Of a DNA stretch of 64,000 nucleotides, positions 13,826-28,300 are shown in pieces. The translations under genes were made by a program, and so were the position numbers. The notes beneath the pieces were generated by a model. That model saw nothing but the letters and a program-made list of their open reading frames with translations. It was not told the DNA's origin and did not search any database. This stretch comes from Tubiluchus corallicola. Taxonomy: Eukaryota; Animalia; Priapulida. Numbering within the stretch: the first letter of the stretch is position 1; every line of letters begins with the position of its first letter. The stretch spans positions 186,001 to 250,000 of the forward strand of contig JAQGDQ010000140.1 in NCBI GenBank assembly GCA_030141605.1, given 5' to 3'.

Positions 13826-13971
13826 GCTTGAGCTTTCTCTATATTTCTTGTTATGAGATCGTTATCAAGGTAGAAAATACCGATGCGAATGAGATGAAAA
13901 ACTATGTCCATCTTGTGACCGATAGCAACAGTTTTTTCGTACGTTTTACGGAATGCACTCACAGACTCATC
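13826..13971 (-). CDS. PSMD6: Rpn7 exon 3
   Basis: cttag|...|gtaagt; 146 nt; [48 protein letters not shown]. Confidence 0.95.
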
Positions 13972-14385
13972 CTAAGCATAAAATATAATACCATTACAAG
14001 TGCTTTCAAACATGCTATGTTGAACAATTATATTGATTTCATTTAACATTAGCATGTTATTGTTATGAAATCGGTGTCGAAAATAAAATACCTGGCACCC
14101 TACATTTGAAAATCAAGAGAAACATTTTTGAGTTCAGTCTCTGTTTTGTTGACTATTATATAGAATCTGTCAACATGCCACAAACAGTTTTTCTGAATCA
14201 GAAAGAGTTCAAACATATGTTTGATTTGGTAACTAGAAAAAAAATCCCTCAATTGTGATTTCAGCCCCTCCCCCCCTAAGATTAGGGTGATGAGGATAAG
14301 AAGAAAGTGCATTCAAATGAATTTCATGTTTGAAGGACAAATGCAATAAAGAGGTCTAAAATGAATGCAGAATGTTATTACACAC

Positions 14386-14591
14386 CTTGTTTCCAATCTT
14401 GCACAGGTATTCCGCTTTTGCAAGCCAAGCATCTCTCACTTCAGACTCGCCTAGATTTTCCTCAGCATCCTTAATGACATCATCAAGTCTGGTCAATTCA
14501 GTTTTATTTTCCTCCTTGAGTTTGTTAAGCAGTGCTGTGTCAACTTGCCATTTCAGGTCCTTGCACAGTTCTTCGTAAAATACGGACATTG
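14386..14591 (-). CDS. PSMD6: Rpn7 exon 2
   Basis: ttttag|...|gtgtgt; 206 nt; [28 protein letters not shown]. Confidence 0.96.
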
Positions 14592-17494
14592 CTAAAAGCA
14601 AGTAAGAACTATTTAGCTTTATGCTGCTCAGAGATTTTTATCTGAGTACATGCACTAGTCCAGCACATGAAAACAATTCAGATAAAATCCACGTGCAATC
14701 AATCGGCAGTACATATATTTATATAACATTAAAAATTATGATCAGTCTTCTATAGCAGGTGACATAACACGATCAAATCACAAACAGAAGAAAATGGGGC
14801 ACAGAATCAAAACCATTAGCAAAGTTCAGGCAAATCAACAGGACAATCTGGTTCTGAAACGTTTATTTCTAGAAATGCTGCAGTGGTCTAACTCATCAAA
14901 TACAGCATTGTCAAATGACAAAACCAAATTGATGGTATGTTAACATCCTTAAGAAATTACAAAACTGAAAGTATTATAACAACACATTTAACTTTCCTCA
15001 AAACCTTGCTAACAAACCTGTGCCATGTTTGCTGGTTTGTGGTTAACTGTGATGGAAGGTTAAACAACTCATTGATATTTCTGTATACTTTAAAAAAACA
15101 GTATATACATATAATTATTCGCTGTTTATTTAACCCAGAACTAATACTAGTATTATATGAAGAATCTAAAGGCTTGTGGTGCATAGTGTAAAATGTTTTT
15201 GGAAGAATAGAAACTGCATGAACTAGGGAGAATACCAGGTAGGTTGCTCACACCACATATCTTATTCTCAACATAAAAGTTGCCTGCAAAAGCACAACAA
15301 ACACATATTTGGCAACGTTATGTACAAAAGCTCGGAAAGCCAACTGGCCAGGTAAGGTTTTAGCCTACAATTTAGTTGCCTGAGACTGGTTGAAATAAAA
15401 TGTCATGCATACTGGTTAAAATAAAATAAAATAAGTAGGTGATAGAAGTTCAAACTGTAAAAGAAAGAGAAATAAATGAATTTTATATCTGAAATTTAGT
15501 GTGTTCTTTGCATGAGATTAAATTTAATGTTGCAGCAAAAGAATGTAATGCATGACTAACAGATTAGTAGACTAACAGATTAGTAGACTAACAGACTAAC
15601 ATGACATGTACAGTGAAGCTATTTATAACCACAATGATTAGTAAACTAATTAACAATTGAATAAATTAATAATCGTGTACTTGACGACACATTATAAAAT
15701 TAAGAAAAACATTATAAACAAAAGTGAAATCAATCATTTAATCAGCAATAGTTAGTTTTCATACATATGAAAGTGGGAAATGAATAAGCTTGTGAAACTC
15801 TTAAAAATAGCATATACACTATAAGACTTAATATTTTGATAGGGCTTTCACTGAATGAGTTCTTTCAACAGGGTTCAAGCAGCATGGTTTCTAGAGCTGT
15901 AAATAAAACCATATATAAGGTTTGTGTATGACCGTGTGCTTATTTTTTGGGAATATTTAAAGAAAAGAAGAAACCTCAGTTGAGAAATTTTAGTGAAAAA
16001 GGTGTCACAATCCAAAGTAATTAACGCAGGAAATAAAAAGCATTTTTAGGAAAAAAGACAAGCATGAAAACGTTAATGCATGTAATAAACCATTTCTATA
16101 AAAAAATCGCTTTTGCAGAGGCATACAATAAATTTTTTTTAATGGCACAACCTTCGTGTACCTGCACAGGTATCACCATATAACTTCTTAGTTAGAACAG
16201 ACTTAGTGAAATAAAGAATAATTATGTGGATCTATAAATTATGGATAAGATAGGCACTCAGATAGAAGAAATATTTCTAAAAATCATTTTTTGTAGTCAG
16301 TTTTGATAAAAAATAATGCTTTGAATAAAAAAATAATAATAAAACAACTAAGTGGCTGATTAAAAACAGCTCTGATAATGAGTTTGGTTTGAATTTCCAT
16401 GCGCCATGCAAAAGCTGGTAATTTTAACTGTAACACTAACAAAGCGTTCAATGGAAGACGAAATTGAGTAAGTTTAAACTGCCTTTATGTAATGTATTGC
16501 TGTCAGTAACAAAATTTTTCTTAACAATGCGTTTCGTAGGTTGAATTGAATGAATGCCCAAATATTCAATGCCAAACACGCAAACATCACCACAGTAAAA
16601 TTGGCTGTACCAAATTTCCAGTAGCCATTGTTGGCAGATTAAATATAGAATGCTAATATAAATAAAGTCAACGTCATAAATTAATACAATTGGCTACACA
16701 CACATACTAGTCAATGAGTTAAAGGACTTAATCATTAAATATTTTCAATTTTTTTAAAATTTGCTAAGGCATTTCCAAGGAAATTTTCATTTAATGCTTT
16801 AAAACGTAAGAACTGAATAATGAAGATGCTCAGTTTGGAACAAATAACAATAAAAATCATTTCACTGCCACCTATGTTTTTCTTGTAAGGGACGAAAGGT
16901 GGCAGACTGCCGCTTGAGCTCAACAATAAGCACAGTTACCCAGGTTTGTTTATTTCACTGTTATGGCCTTGCAAAAACATTGTCGAAAAGTTTAACAATC
17001 GTGGGATTGTGTTTGCTTCGCAACAAGTAACGCTAAACAGCCAATCAGCATCTGAAGACAGGTACTTTGTATAATATTGTACTGTATAGTACATACTCAT
17101 GCAAAACTGCTTGTTGATAGTCCGTGAAACACATTTAGTCGCTTGCTCTGCAATCTTATAAAATAATTGCGTAAATTATGAATTAGTAATATATTATGAC
17201 TTTTGTGAAAATTGGCTTCTAATTATAACAATGTGCTTACTTGTGTGGTTGTGCACATGTGTGCTTGTATAAGTGCATATATGTGTGCACTATGCATGAG
17301 TACAAATAAAACTAACATTCAATATTAGTGTTTAATAACAAATGGCTATTTATTTACAAGATTCTGTTTAGTAACACACCACAATAAGTTAATGTCAAAT
17401 GCGCAAAAGCCAATGCGGTCCTGTTAAAAACCAACTACGTAGTGAAAGGGTTAATTGAGACGTAGCATGAGTCATCAATTTCTGCTTTACTCAC

Positions 17495-17639
17495 CATTCT
17501 CTTTCACTATTTGTATCAATTCACTTTTCAGCTTATCATTTTTCTTATTCTGAGGTAAACTTAAAAAGAATTTCGTCTGAGCTAGTTCTAGATTTGGGTT
17601 TTTGGCAAGACCTTCTTCTTCCAAATTTTCTGACGGCAT
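17495..17639 (-). CDS. PSMD6: Rpn7 exon 1
   Basis: ATG at 17639; MPSENLEEEGLAKNPNLELAQ...|gtgagt; 145 nt; the seven exons sum to 1170 nt = 389 aa plus stop with all phases compatible. Confidence 0.95.
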
Positions 17640-17727
17640 TTTTCTGATAAATTCACGTACAAACACAAAAACTACAAACGCACAAGGCTACAAACACCGG
17701 CGCAATAGAAGAACTCTTTGTACAATA

Positions 17728-17742
17728 AATTTGCCTCATCAT
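17728..17742 (-). promoter_or_regulatory. candidate ARE (CNC-sMaf / Nrf1-type site) in the PSMD6 promoter
   Basis: ATGATGAGGCAAATT on the minus strand (RTGAYnnnGC with AT-rich flank), about 90 nt upstream of the ATG. Confidence 0.35.
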
Positions 17743-20700
17743 GCTTGTGACGATACGTGCTTTTCTCAATACTTCCTTCGTTGATTGGGGCAAAACTTAT
17801 TGAAGTAATCAGAAATCCATGCTTTCGCGCTACAACAATAAAATTTAGCTTGACCAGACTTGAAGATGTTTATCGATGAAGCCCCCTTTAGCCCTGTTGG
17901 GAAATTATTACAGTTCTTATTTTAATGACTCTGTTTTCAAAATTTAATGCCAAGTGGTTAGTACTGCACTTTGTTTTAACAGTTTCCTGACGTGGGCCCT
18001 CAATTACATTGGACTTCTAGCTCTTTGTCACACAGCAGTAGCCATCTTCATTCGTTTGGTCAATTATAATTATATGGGAAATGATACATTGGCAGTAAGT
18101 CACCTTTTTCCTCCTAATTTCCCCAGAAAGGATATGTTCCAGTTGAGAATTGGCAATCACTACCATCCATATGTTATTCTGTGTACTCTGTCCTTTCGAT
18201 GCTGCCATCACCCTAGTGCCTGGTAAAGCCATTTTGGCAGCATTTTGTTCTTTTCAAATTGCTAAAATTATAACAATTCACTTCTCCGGAAACACGTTCA
18301 TATCTTCGCCTTCTTATTACAGCATATCACTTTGAGTAGCCATTAACTTTGCTTAGAACAATATGTACGAAAAATTACAATATGTCATTGCTATACTTTT
18401 TATTTTACTAAGAGATTGCACCAAGATAAATATCATACTGCTAGTTAGGCGTCTAACAATTGCCCTATGTGATACCTGTACCTTCAAAACAAAGTGAGCA
18501 AAGATTCAGCAGCTTGAATTGCTGTGAAATCTGTAAATGCACTTAGCTAGTATATAATAGCTATATACATTAATGGGAAAAACCAAATGGGAAATTCAAC
18601 ATTACCACGTTTTCATAATTAAAGCCAAAGAGCTAAAGAAATGAGTTTATAAAATCTAAAATGTTGTTTCTTCGGGTGCAGTATCAGTTAATAATTAACA
18701 CAGGACGGAATGGACGGTTTAATGATCATGGTAGCGCTTGTCTGCAAAAGTCAAGTAATGCACAGTATTGATGAAATTTTTTTATCAGGTTCACATTACA
18801 GTGGGCTTATACAAGCCTTTGCTTCTCTAGCCCACTGCAGTACAATTAATATTTTATGATAACGATAGTGTATGAAACATAAGAATTTAATATAATAGAT
18901 GTAATAATTTTGATGTGAATGTGGCTTTATATTTTGTACTGAATGTGATAATAATAATAATAATAATAAGTGGAAGCCTGTAAGGTTGACTGTTCAGACA
19001 AATGCATCAAATCAGCTTTAAATGCCCATATATATATATCACATTTACGGAAGATTTAAGCATTCAAATTAAGATCGTCACTGTAATAAAACAGTAGTTG
19101 CAGCTTAGTAATAATAACAATAATAAACAGACAATAAAATCAGTTGCATTTTAGAGCCATTTAGTCTGGAATTACTCCCATAAAAACTACTGTTAAGAAA
19201 ATTTGGTTAAACCATAATTAATAAGACATAATTTTTCAGTAACAGGTGACAAAAGCAATAACAAAATGAAAAAAAATAAATGCATTTTTGGAAGTTGGCC
19301 CATTTTTAATATAAGCAGTTGAAATTTAAGTCCCTCTTCCTAAATAACTTTTTAAAATTATTTTTAACATTGTGGTATCTTGGAGGAACGTGATATTTTT
19401 AAGAAAAGACAGGATTCGGCAGACTATACTATTCCTATCCACTACGCAACTCTTAGTTGTTCAAGTATTTATCCATGACTGTTTCCGCTTTGCGGCCGAA
19501 GTGGCTAAGCCAGAGAATTAATCCACTTGCAGTAATTTCAGAAATCCTTATCTTATGTAACAGAAAGAATGCTTTGTTATTATGTAAAATATCACATCAT
19601 AATTTTATTTCATAAGATATCATGCACAGTGTCACCAAATTATCAGACGAACAGAATTAAATCTGAAGTGCCTGGAAAGGGTTGTTTTTCTGAATTTTAT
19701 CCAATTAAATTGCTTATAAATGCTTAAACAAATAGTATGATTGGATAGCCAAGATTCTCCTGGATAGAACGATATCTAATTTGAAATCATTTAGTTATGT
19801 CTGTGCTCATATAACAGCAGAAAAGTAACAAGTCTTATGACGTGGTCTTGTAGGCGATAAATAAAGACCGGACCCAATCTTAAATTGTAGAGAAAAAATC
19901 TAGACTGTTAAATATTAAAAAAATGCAATTTTTTTCAAAAATGAGTTAGATGAAAGAGTTATTACCAGAGAAATGCAATTCTGCATTCGTGCGGCTAGTT
20001 CTTCACTGTACATGCATTTCACATTTGCTAGTTAGATGGGGACTAAATTTGTTTTCACCCCTCTACATTGTAATGGTTCAATTCATTACAAAGCTATTGC
20101 ATGTAGATACTGAATAGTAGATACAAAATTGCCTGCAGATAATGGATGAGTTGTTCAGTAGCAGCACAGGCAAACATATCTACCATCTCAGCACCTGCTC
20201 CACAGACCAGTATCACAGGAGATGCAGGACAAGTTTGTTTTAACTAGTTTAATTTTAACTACAAGGTATAATCCACTTATAACGAGGCCCTGGTTATTAC
20301 GAGGAAATTTTGTCAATTTGGAGTCTCGCCAAACATTAGGCTTAAATAATGTATTTAAACCTTAGCTTATAGCAAGGCCCGATATGACGTGATTTTGCTT
20401 ATTACGAGGAAATTTAGAAGTCCTGTGATCATTCTTCCCCTGCATATAACAAGCGCGACTTTTAAAACAATGTGTATCAAATGCAGGCGTGCTGGGTCCT
20501 GGTAAGTCTGCAGCTATGTGCATTGCTCTAATGAAGCAGCTAGCCAGCTACGATGATTCGAGCAAGGAAAGGCGGCCAGTTTGTCAACAAGTTAGGTCGA
20601 AATGCTTATTGTCAAATATACTGCAGCTACATTTTCGTGTTTCTACTAACTGGCAGAGCAGACATCTAGGGTCTTGTGCAGGGATTTAAATGATTACAAC

Positions 20701-22145
20701 GCCCACGCAAAATGCACTCGTCTATCAGCAGCTAGGTCTTATAATGAATCACAGCATTGATTTAGCAACTTACGCGACCATTTTACACAGGAATTTATTG
20801 CATAAATACTGCCTTAATCCTAGAAACAACAGAGTTTACACACTATAAGAGTTGTAAGTTTACTCTTCTATGGTAAAATAGTTGCTAAACAACAGCAGTC
20901 ATTTAAAAACTTGTGTCTGCCTCAAAAGAAAGTGCTCTTTTCATCATTATATCAAATCTGCCTTATAGCTTTCAATTCTATCTTGCACATACACTCAAAA
21001 ATTTGCGCACGCGCGTGCTTGGTGTGTGTGTGTGTGTGCGCACCCATTGCTGACTACAGCGAACAATTTTTCACGGTCCCTTGAAACTCGTTATTTGTGC
21101 ATTATACTGCACTCCTTCAACTTTGGCATTTTGCACAGTTTCTGGAGAAACTTTACAACACGATACAGCCGCATGAACTTCAACACAAGACTGCTTGGTT
21201 GCCTTATATTGGCAGTTTAATACATTACTCACGTTAAGTAAAAATTGACTCACATAAAAACTGTTCAAGTACAGACGATGTAGAACATTAGCTTTCACTT
21301 TAATTTCCTTGAAGTGGATCTCGCAAGTTGTAAGCTCAGAAAATTCACAAGTTTCATGATTAAATAAGACAAAACAAATTATACTCAGAGAATACACTGT
21401 AATCAATAATTAATAATTAAGAGAGTTCATTGGGATATGTCTGCATCACAGACCTGAGATTCACATCATAGTTGCAGGGGTGTGATGTTAAACACACAAA
21501 AGTACGAAAACAGACTTTGGGACATTGATGAAAAACATCTTAGATCAAGCAGAATTCTCTATAGCACGTTATGTTTACCAACGCATACAACAGATTGAAC
21601 CACAAACCACAAAATGAATTCCTGATCTTGCAGTCCTGCACAACTGTCATTGCATGATGATTCAGGAATCATTGGCATCAGTCAAGCAACCAAGCTAGAT
21701 AAACAACCTATAATACGCATCAGAGTCTAATTTTTGCTGCACATTTTTGCTTCTAAAGTGACTTGATACAAAGTTTTTTCACCTGATTCCCACACTGCAC
21801 AAAGAGGTTGTGTTGCATTTGCTTGTACCTCATTAATTTGCATTTTGAACCATAAGTTTTGCGGCAAGTCATATTTGCAAATTCTTTAATTTCGTCAGTG
21901 TCCCATCCTTAAATTGGAGTTTGTTGATTATAAATCCAGTCTTGGAACTAGGAACTGTTTTAAGCTTAACTAACTTCCAGTCAAAGTGAAAGTCTTTTGC
22001 GACTTCATATCCATATGAAAGATCATTCAGAACAATGAACTATGCTGTGATCTTTGCTTGACAACCCAGCAACATGTGCGAAATGTTTATGGCAAATTTC
22101 CAAGGGCATTTTCCTGCTATGTGACATCCAAAAAATTATCGAGAA

Positions 22146-23147
22146 TCACGAATTATGCAGTGGCTTGTGCCTGCTTAACCCGCCAATTTGTGTGAAACTC
22201 TTATGACATACGTCACACTTGTAAGGTCGTTCACCCGTGTGAATCCTCATGTGGATTTTTAAAGAACCAGACTGTGAGAAACATTTCCCACACACCTTAC
22301 ACTCGAATGGTCTCTCACCAGTATGCGTTCGCTGGTGCATTTTTAGACTTGCAAGGCTGGAGAATGCTCTTCTACACCACTCGCACACAAACACAGTCTG
22401 TCGATTGTCCCTCCCGCCAAGCTTTGGTTTTCGTCCTCTTTTAACGACCATCCTAGTCAGCTGCGGTGTCTTGAAGGTGGACATGTGTGCCTCAGAATAG
22501 TGATCCCTTATATTCAGAATTTCATTCTTGTCTGACTGTGGTCTTCGTCCTCTTTTAATAACCGGTCTTGCCAGATGGAAAGCTTCGGAAGATGGAAGTC
22601 GTGTCTCAGAACAGCCATGAGCCAGATTTACAGCTTCGCTTTCATGAGATGAAATTTCACTGAATGGTTGGCCAATTCTAAGCGATGCATCAGCATCATC
22701 CAATACAATGCACTCCATTTCATTGTCAACAACTGGTTTTTGTTCTACCTGTTCATCTGAGCTTTCGTTTGCATCTTGATTTTTGTTGGGAAAGTCATAA
22801 TTGGTGTCAGAGTGTTGCAAACTATACTTTGAACTGAAAATGTCTTCACTATCAGCAACAGCAGGTTCACTATGTGCAGCTGGCTGAGCAGCGTCTTCGA
22901 TCAGGATAGGAGAAACATCACAACAAAATGATTTGCCAGTCAATGATGTCTTTTCAGTTTTGCAAACTGCGTCAGCATCATCAACACCTAAGCCGAATGG
23001 AGAATCATTGACACTGTTGATGTGCTGCCCCTCACTAACCAGTATTTTGCAATGCCAAGCTCTTGTATGAGCAAAAAAAATTTCCTCTGCGATAAAGCAT
23101 TCGGAGCAGGCAGTGCACTTGTAATAGAGAAGCAATTCAGATTCCAT
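22146..23147 (-). CDS. C2H2 zinc-finger protein (N-terminal C2H2-like finger, two AT-hook-like KRGRxP motifs, three C-terminal C2H2 fingers)
   Basis: 333-aa ORF with CTAC..HTRAWH, KRGRRP, KRGRKP and HTGERP-linked fingers; candidate acceptors at 23162/23170 and donor at 23517 for a 5'UTR intron. Confidence 0.9.
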   Translation of the reverse strand: MESELLLYYKCTACSECFIAEEIFFAHTRAWHCKILVSEGQHINSVNDSPFGLGVDDADAVCKTEKTSLTGKSFCCDVSPILIEDAAQPAAHSEPAVADSEDIFSSKYSLQHSDTNYDFPNKNQDANESSDEQVEQKPVVDNEMECIVLDDADASLRIGQPFSEISSHESEAVNLAHGCSETRLPSSEAFHLARPVIKRGRRPQSDKNEILNIRDHYSEAHMSTFKTPQLTRMVVKRGRKPKLGGRDNRQTVFVCEWCRRAFSSLASLKMHQRTHTGERPFECKVCGKCFSQSGSLKIHMRIHTGERPYKCDVCHKSFTQIGGLSRHKPLHNS

Positions 23148-25059
23148 GCTTTCACGTGAGTTCTACAATGCTGCAAAGTACAAATTAAATTACACCTTAA
23201 ATAACATATTATAGTAAGTTTTTGCTTAAGGGTGCCGTTTTGTTTAGTGTCATTTCGTTTTAACAATGCTGATCATTTGACAGCTTTTTTCACATTTTTA
23301 AGTAGTGAAGTAGTGTTGCCTGCAATAGTGTTTTACAAAGAAGCCCTATTACTAAAAATCTTCCCCTATTACTAGAAATAATTTGGCCTACTATAGAGGA
23401 TGATTCACTGTTGGCCATTTGCTAATTGATGGCACTTTCTCACATAGAAATTGAATTCCTCTGATAAAATTAACTCATGTTAAATTGTTGGGCTAACTAC
23501 TGCTGGGTTCAACTCACTTGCATTATGTTGTCTAAAAAACAAAAATAGAACTGCTTCTCAGATAGTGTAGTATCAAGTACTTGTGGCACATGTGGGCAAA
23601 AGAAAATTTTGGTGCCCTACCCTTTTATAAGGCTTTGATTATTTGTTTCGTAGGTGAAGCCACGTTTGTGCATGTTTTTGTGTCCCTGAGCCCCAATTTT
23701 CTTTTTGGACATAACGGGATAAAGACAAACAAATTTTTTCTAAGAATCACCCTGAGTTCGATTTGCAGTAGGCCTGTTGCAAATGACCAGAATAACTCTT
23801 CTATGTGTTCGTCTAGGGATATTACTCATAAGACGACAGTCGCTAAACATTCAGCTCCAGTATTAAAACGTGCAAAGATCATGAAAGATACAAAACACTA
23901 CGGGTTTTCAATAAAATTATTACAATCGGCATTAAGAGAATATAATGCCACTGTTACTCCCAAAATTATCGATCTGCCAAGCCACGTGCTACCCAACAAA
24001 TGCTGTCAAAGTAACAGCATCAACTTTTTTCTAGGGTGTATCCTGCATAGTAATTAAGTCAGCTACGATCTCTGACTAAGCAGTTTTGCTGTAGTTTGAA
24101 AACTTTTTTAATTCCTAATTAATTGGCAATAAACTCTAGAAGAATTATGCGCCTCTCACTCCTGCATCTAGGGACGATTGTGCCCTGCTATACCGAAGTA
24201 TTAAACAGAAATGCAGAAACATTCTGCATGAAGCTTTTAAAATACTGATGCTAGACTTGGATTTTTTTGCGAAAATAACCCAGACAGAAAGCGAGGTTCA
24301 AAAAGTCTAATGTTGTTAATGCTTTAGTGTGTTGTAAAGATGTTTTGGCAGAAAAACGAGAGTCTATGTAACTAACACTAAGATTTTTTCTAAAAAACAA
24401 AAACAAAAACGGAAAAAATGGCACTAGGGAAATAATCAGAAAAAGATACATGTAAGAAAAAAAAACCCGTGTTCATTTGCCAGTTTTTCGTATAACTGAT
24501 TGCTACAGAAATATAATGGTGGTTTACGATCTTAGGCGCAATTTAATTTTGATTTGAATTTCCACTGCCACATTTCTTGCACATTTTACTGATTTAGATC
24601 ACATTCACTTATTTTACTTCTAATCTAATTTATCGTTTAATTTATACTTTTTAAAATTCATAATAGCCTATATGCATAGAAGTAAACAAAAGTACTAGGA
24701 TTAGTGTAAGTTTAAGCTCTATCTTTTCAAAATTCCTATTATAGTATTACTATAGTATAGTATTAATTATCTTTTTCCAAAACTAAACTAAACACAACAA
24801 TAAATATACACACACACATATACAGGCAATAAAAAATCGCCGCTTTGTATTGAGGAATAGTTTCTTGCTGGTTAGAATGGATTTATGCTGGATAAAACCA
24901 TGTATTCCTTGCTCTTTTTAATTTTTAATATTGATTTAACACTTTTCGATTTTTCCTCAACAAATATTATGGAAAATCTTAAAAAGTCTTATTTCCGTTT
25001 AATTCAGTCCCAATTTATTTACAGGTAACACACATGTACGGGATTCGTTCCTTCTAGCT

Positions 25060-25377
25060 CAGTGGTTCCCAAAGTAGGGGTAAATTACCCCCCGGGGGTA
25101 ATATGTTTTTTTGGGGGGGTAACGGGTACCCCTCTGAAAATTTTTAAATCACTCAGTAATGAGCAGGTTCAGTAATTGTAATTCTTGTTTTGGCAACAAT
25201 ACAACAACAACACCTGGAAATTTATTTATGTCACGAGCAAACATAAATAATTTTGCTTGCTTGAGGCATATACGTGTGTTTACTTTTTGAGTTGGAGAAG
25301 TAGTACTAGGTGGGGGTAATGGACACGACCGGGTTTCCCGATTTGGGTAACGGTCCGAGAAAGTTTGGGAACCACTG
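25060..25377. mobile_element. hAT (Charlie-like) MITE, 318 bp, 8-bp TSD
   Basis: TIR CAGTGGTTCCCAAA / TTTGGGAACCACTG; identical TSD TTCTAGCT at 25052-25059 and 25378-25385. Confidence 0.93.
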
Positions 25378-28300
25378 TTCTAGCTCCATCACGAATTAAT
25401 ATTAAAATCAAATAAAAAATAAAAATGCATCATAATAAGCAGGATGGCAACAGTGAAAACATTGTGAGGACGGCAATGATGATGGTGAATTGATGATTAC
25501 AGTAATATGTTGAGAATTATAATGATGACAATGATAATGACAATGGTGACACCATTGACAATAATAAATTTAATAATTTTTAAGAGCAATTATAATGGTG
25601 ACAATAATGATTGTAATGGGTGACAATGACGATATATGACACGCAACCAAGACAAAGGGAACTTAGACAAACAAGAGGCATGAGCTCGAGCTACTTGGTT
25701 AGGCAACGGTTAACCAAGATATTTGAATGTTTAAAGTGTTGAACTAAACAACTATACGATATATATACATGCATCATGATGATCATGGCAATGACAATAT
25801 ATGATTATAATGGTTATGCTAATAAGAAGAACAATGATGACGGCCAATTTAACATTAGGATAACATTACGATAATAATGATATCATAATAATTATTACGG
25901 TAAGTTCATAATCATAATTACTTTTTTCTATTTCGTTAATTTTTCCATCTCTTCCACACTTTGTTTCTAAAATCAACTTTTGTTTCCTCAGCTTCTGCAA
26001 TCCATTTCAGGGTATACTTCTTAGTGAAACAGTTTTTAATAACAATTCTTCTCACGTTCACTACGTATTAAATTTTCTAATTGGGTTAATGGAGTTTTAG
26101 CTTAAGTTTAGAATATTTTTCAAACAATGTTTTCCCCCAACTCAGTATTCTGTATCAGAACTACTTTACTGCAAAGGTAAGCCTGCATAACTTGCGAAAA
26201 AATCCATAAGAGTGCTAAAATTGAATATCTCTTCTGTTCTGAAATATTGTAATGTTGCCTTTCTTTTCGTACACTTGCTAACTACATGTACCTTAAAATT
26301 GATTTGAAAATATCAGGAAGAAAATGTGTAAAGCTCGTTGGTAAGAACAATGAACATGTGATTCTTGACCATATTGTTTTGTGGAATGAGAATGATTTTA
26401 ATGTTAAAGAAAATTGACAGATAACTACATGAAGAATTTGTTTCTCCCACAAAAAGTAAGCCTTCAAGAACAAATTGTTTAAACTTTCATTTGTTCCCAC
26501 TTCAAAGCATTCAAGCTTCAACACTTTTCTATTTTTTAAATTTCTTTTAATTGTTAACGTTTAGATTTATATGTACAGTTGAAGTTAATTACAGTTGCAA
26601 ACTTGTTATGCTAATTATAATCTGGTGCAAAGCATGGTGGAAAATTTTATGTAATATATGACCAATAAACTGTCTGACTCTACATGTGTAAGGCATTAAT
26701 ATTACTGTAGAGAGCAACTCCTACAACTGGACTTCGCGAAGTGAATGTAAGAGGCCTTCGCATCAAATAAAATTAGTAGCTCGTCAAGATTAATTTCTTT
26801 GCGTGTGAACATAATGCAAGTTGATATTTTCGAGTTTTCATGTTTATTTCTGTGATAATTTGTTTAATTTCATTCTCATCAAATAATAATTTAATAATGT
26901 CATAGTTTAGCAGTTTACCACAACTTAAAAATTACAACTTTCAGAGTTTCATTACAGCACTGTGATTTTTTATATTCAAGTAGTGAAATACAGTTATGAT
27001 ACATTATGTACAATACACTACAATCTGATGCTGCAATAACACAACAACATTTGATTTACAGCAAAAAATATAAAAAAACAATACAACATATGCATTTTAC
27101 ATCAAACTAACATTATTAATGAGAAAAAAGCAAAAAATTACTACTGCATAGTTTCGTTTAAGAATTGTTTACTTTTCAGAATTTCAGTTTTAAATCACTT
27201 ATTGTAACTATACTGGATGTTCCAAAAGAAACAGTGCTGTAAAAATATAATAAACTTAATCTGGAGTTCCGCTAATGGGACTTTGTATGGTGTAATACTG
27301 ATATATGTTTGCATAGCTAGCATTAAAGTTTGTTAGTGCACTGTGCACTATTTCTTTTAGAACACCCTGTACAAACTCCATTTTCAAATTACATCTATAT
27401 TTGCAACTTTGAATATGAGTAAAATTTATTATAATTATGAAACTGCTAAGAATGGTCATAGATCCCAGATATTAGCATTCACAGTGATATTGTTTATAGC
27501 AAACAAAGGTAAATGAAAATGTACGTATGCTTACACATCTAGTACACAGAAGTGATGAGTTCAGATATGAGTTCAAATCAAAGAATGATCTTACAACGCA
27601 CAGATCCTGCAGACAGACGCCAAACTCAAAATAATGTGCAATCTCAGCGGTGCCCATTTTTATCTTTAAATTAACATCTAATTGTTATATTACTGACAAT
27701 GACAGCAATACTTGATAATGAAATGTCTTTACACAATTTTTGCTGTAAATAAAACGCTGCAAAAAGCGACCAACGTCCAGATTCAACTTGAAATACACGT
27801 AGTACATCTTTGCAGGCTTTAAGTTTTAACGAAATTATTGTAATGCACTAAAATCCAGTATTTCATTAGTAAAAATACAAAAGTGTGTAGTATAATGCAC
27901 ATCCAAAGGTGCAATAATAATCAATGTTCCATAATTTTTTATATATAATTCATCACTGAAATAAATCCACACCGCATGGCATTAATCATTATCTACTAGA
28001 AATGCTATAACAAAATTCACTTTATTAACATTATTTTAACCACTGCTTTAACTATTACACAGTTTTGCTGTTTCACAATAATTTCTACTTTTAATTAATG
28101 CTGTAACAGATTCTAGTTAAACTCATACTATGTCTGTACAGATTTTGGCATCATGCCAAAAAACAAATTACAATATCCTACACGTACACACCCTTCTACA
28201 TTTCATTTTGCATCTATTCTCAGAGCAAAGAAAAAGTTGCAAATCCAGGAAAATTATCACAGGACATACATGATATTATAACTCATAATCAAAGCTCTAA

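Noticed and set aside
17954-21406. Several 60-111 aa ORFs between PSMD6 and the zinc-finger gene
   Set aside because: No recognisable domains or consistent splice chain; the region contains transposon remnants
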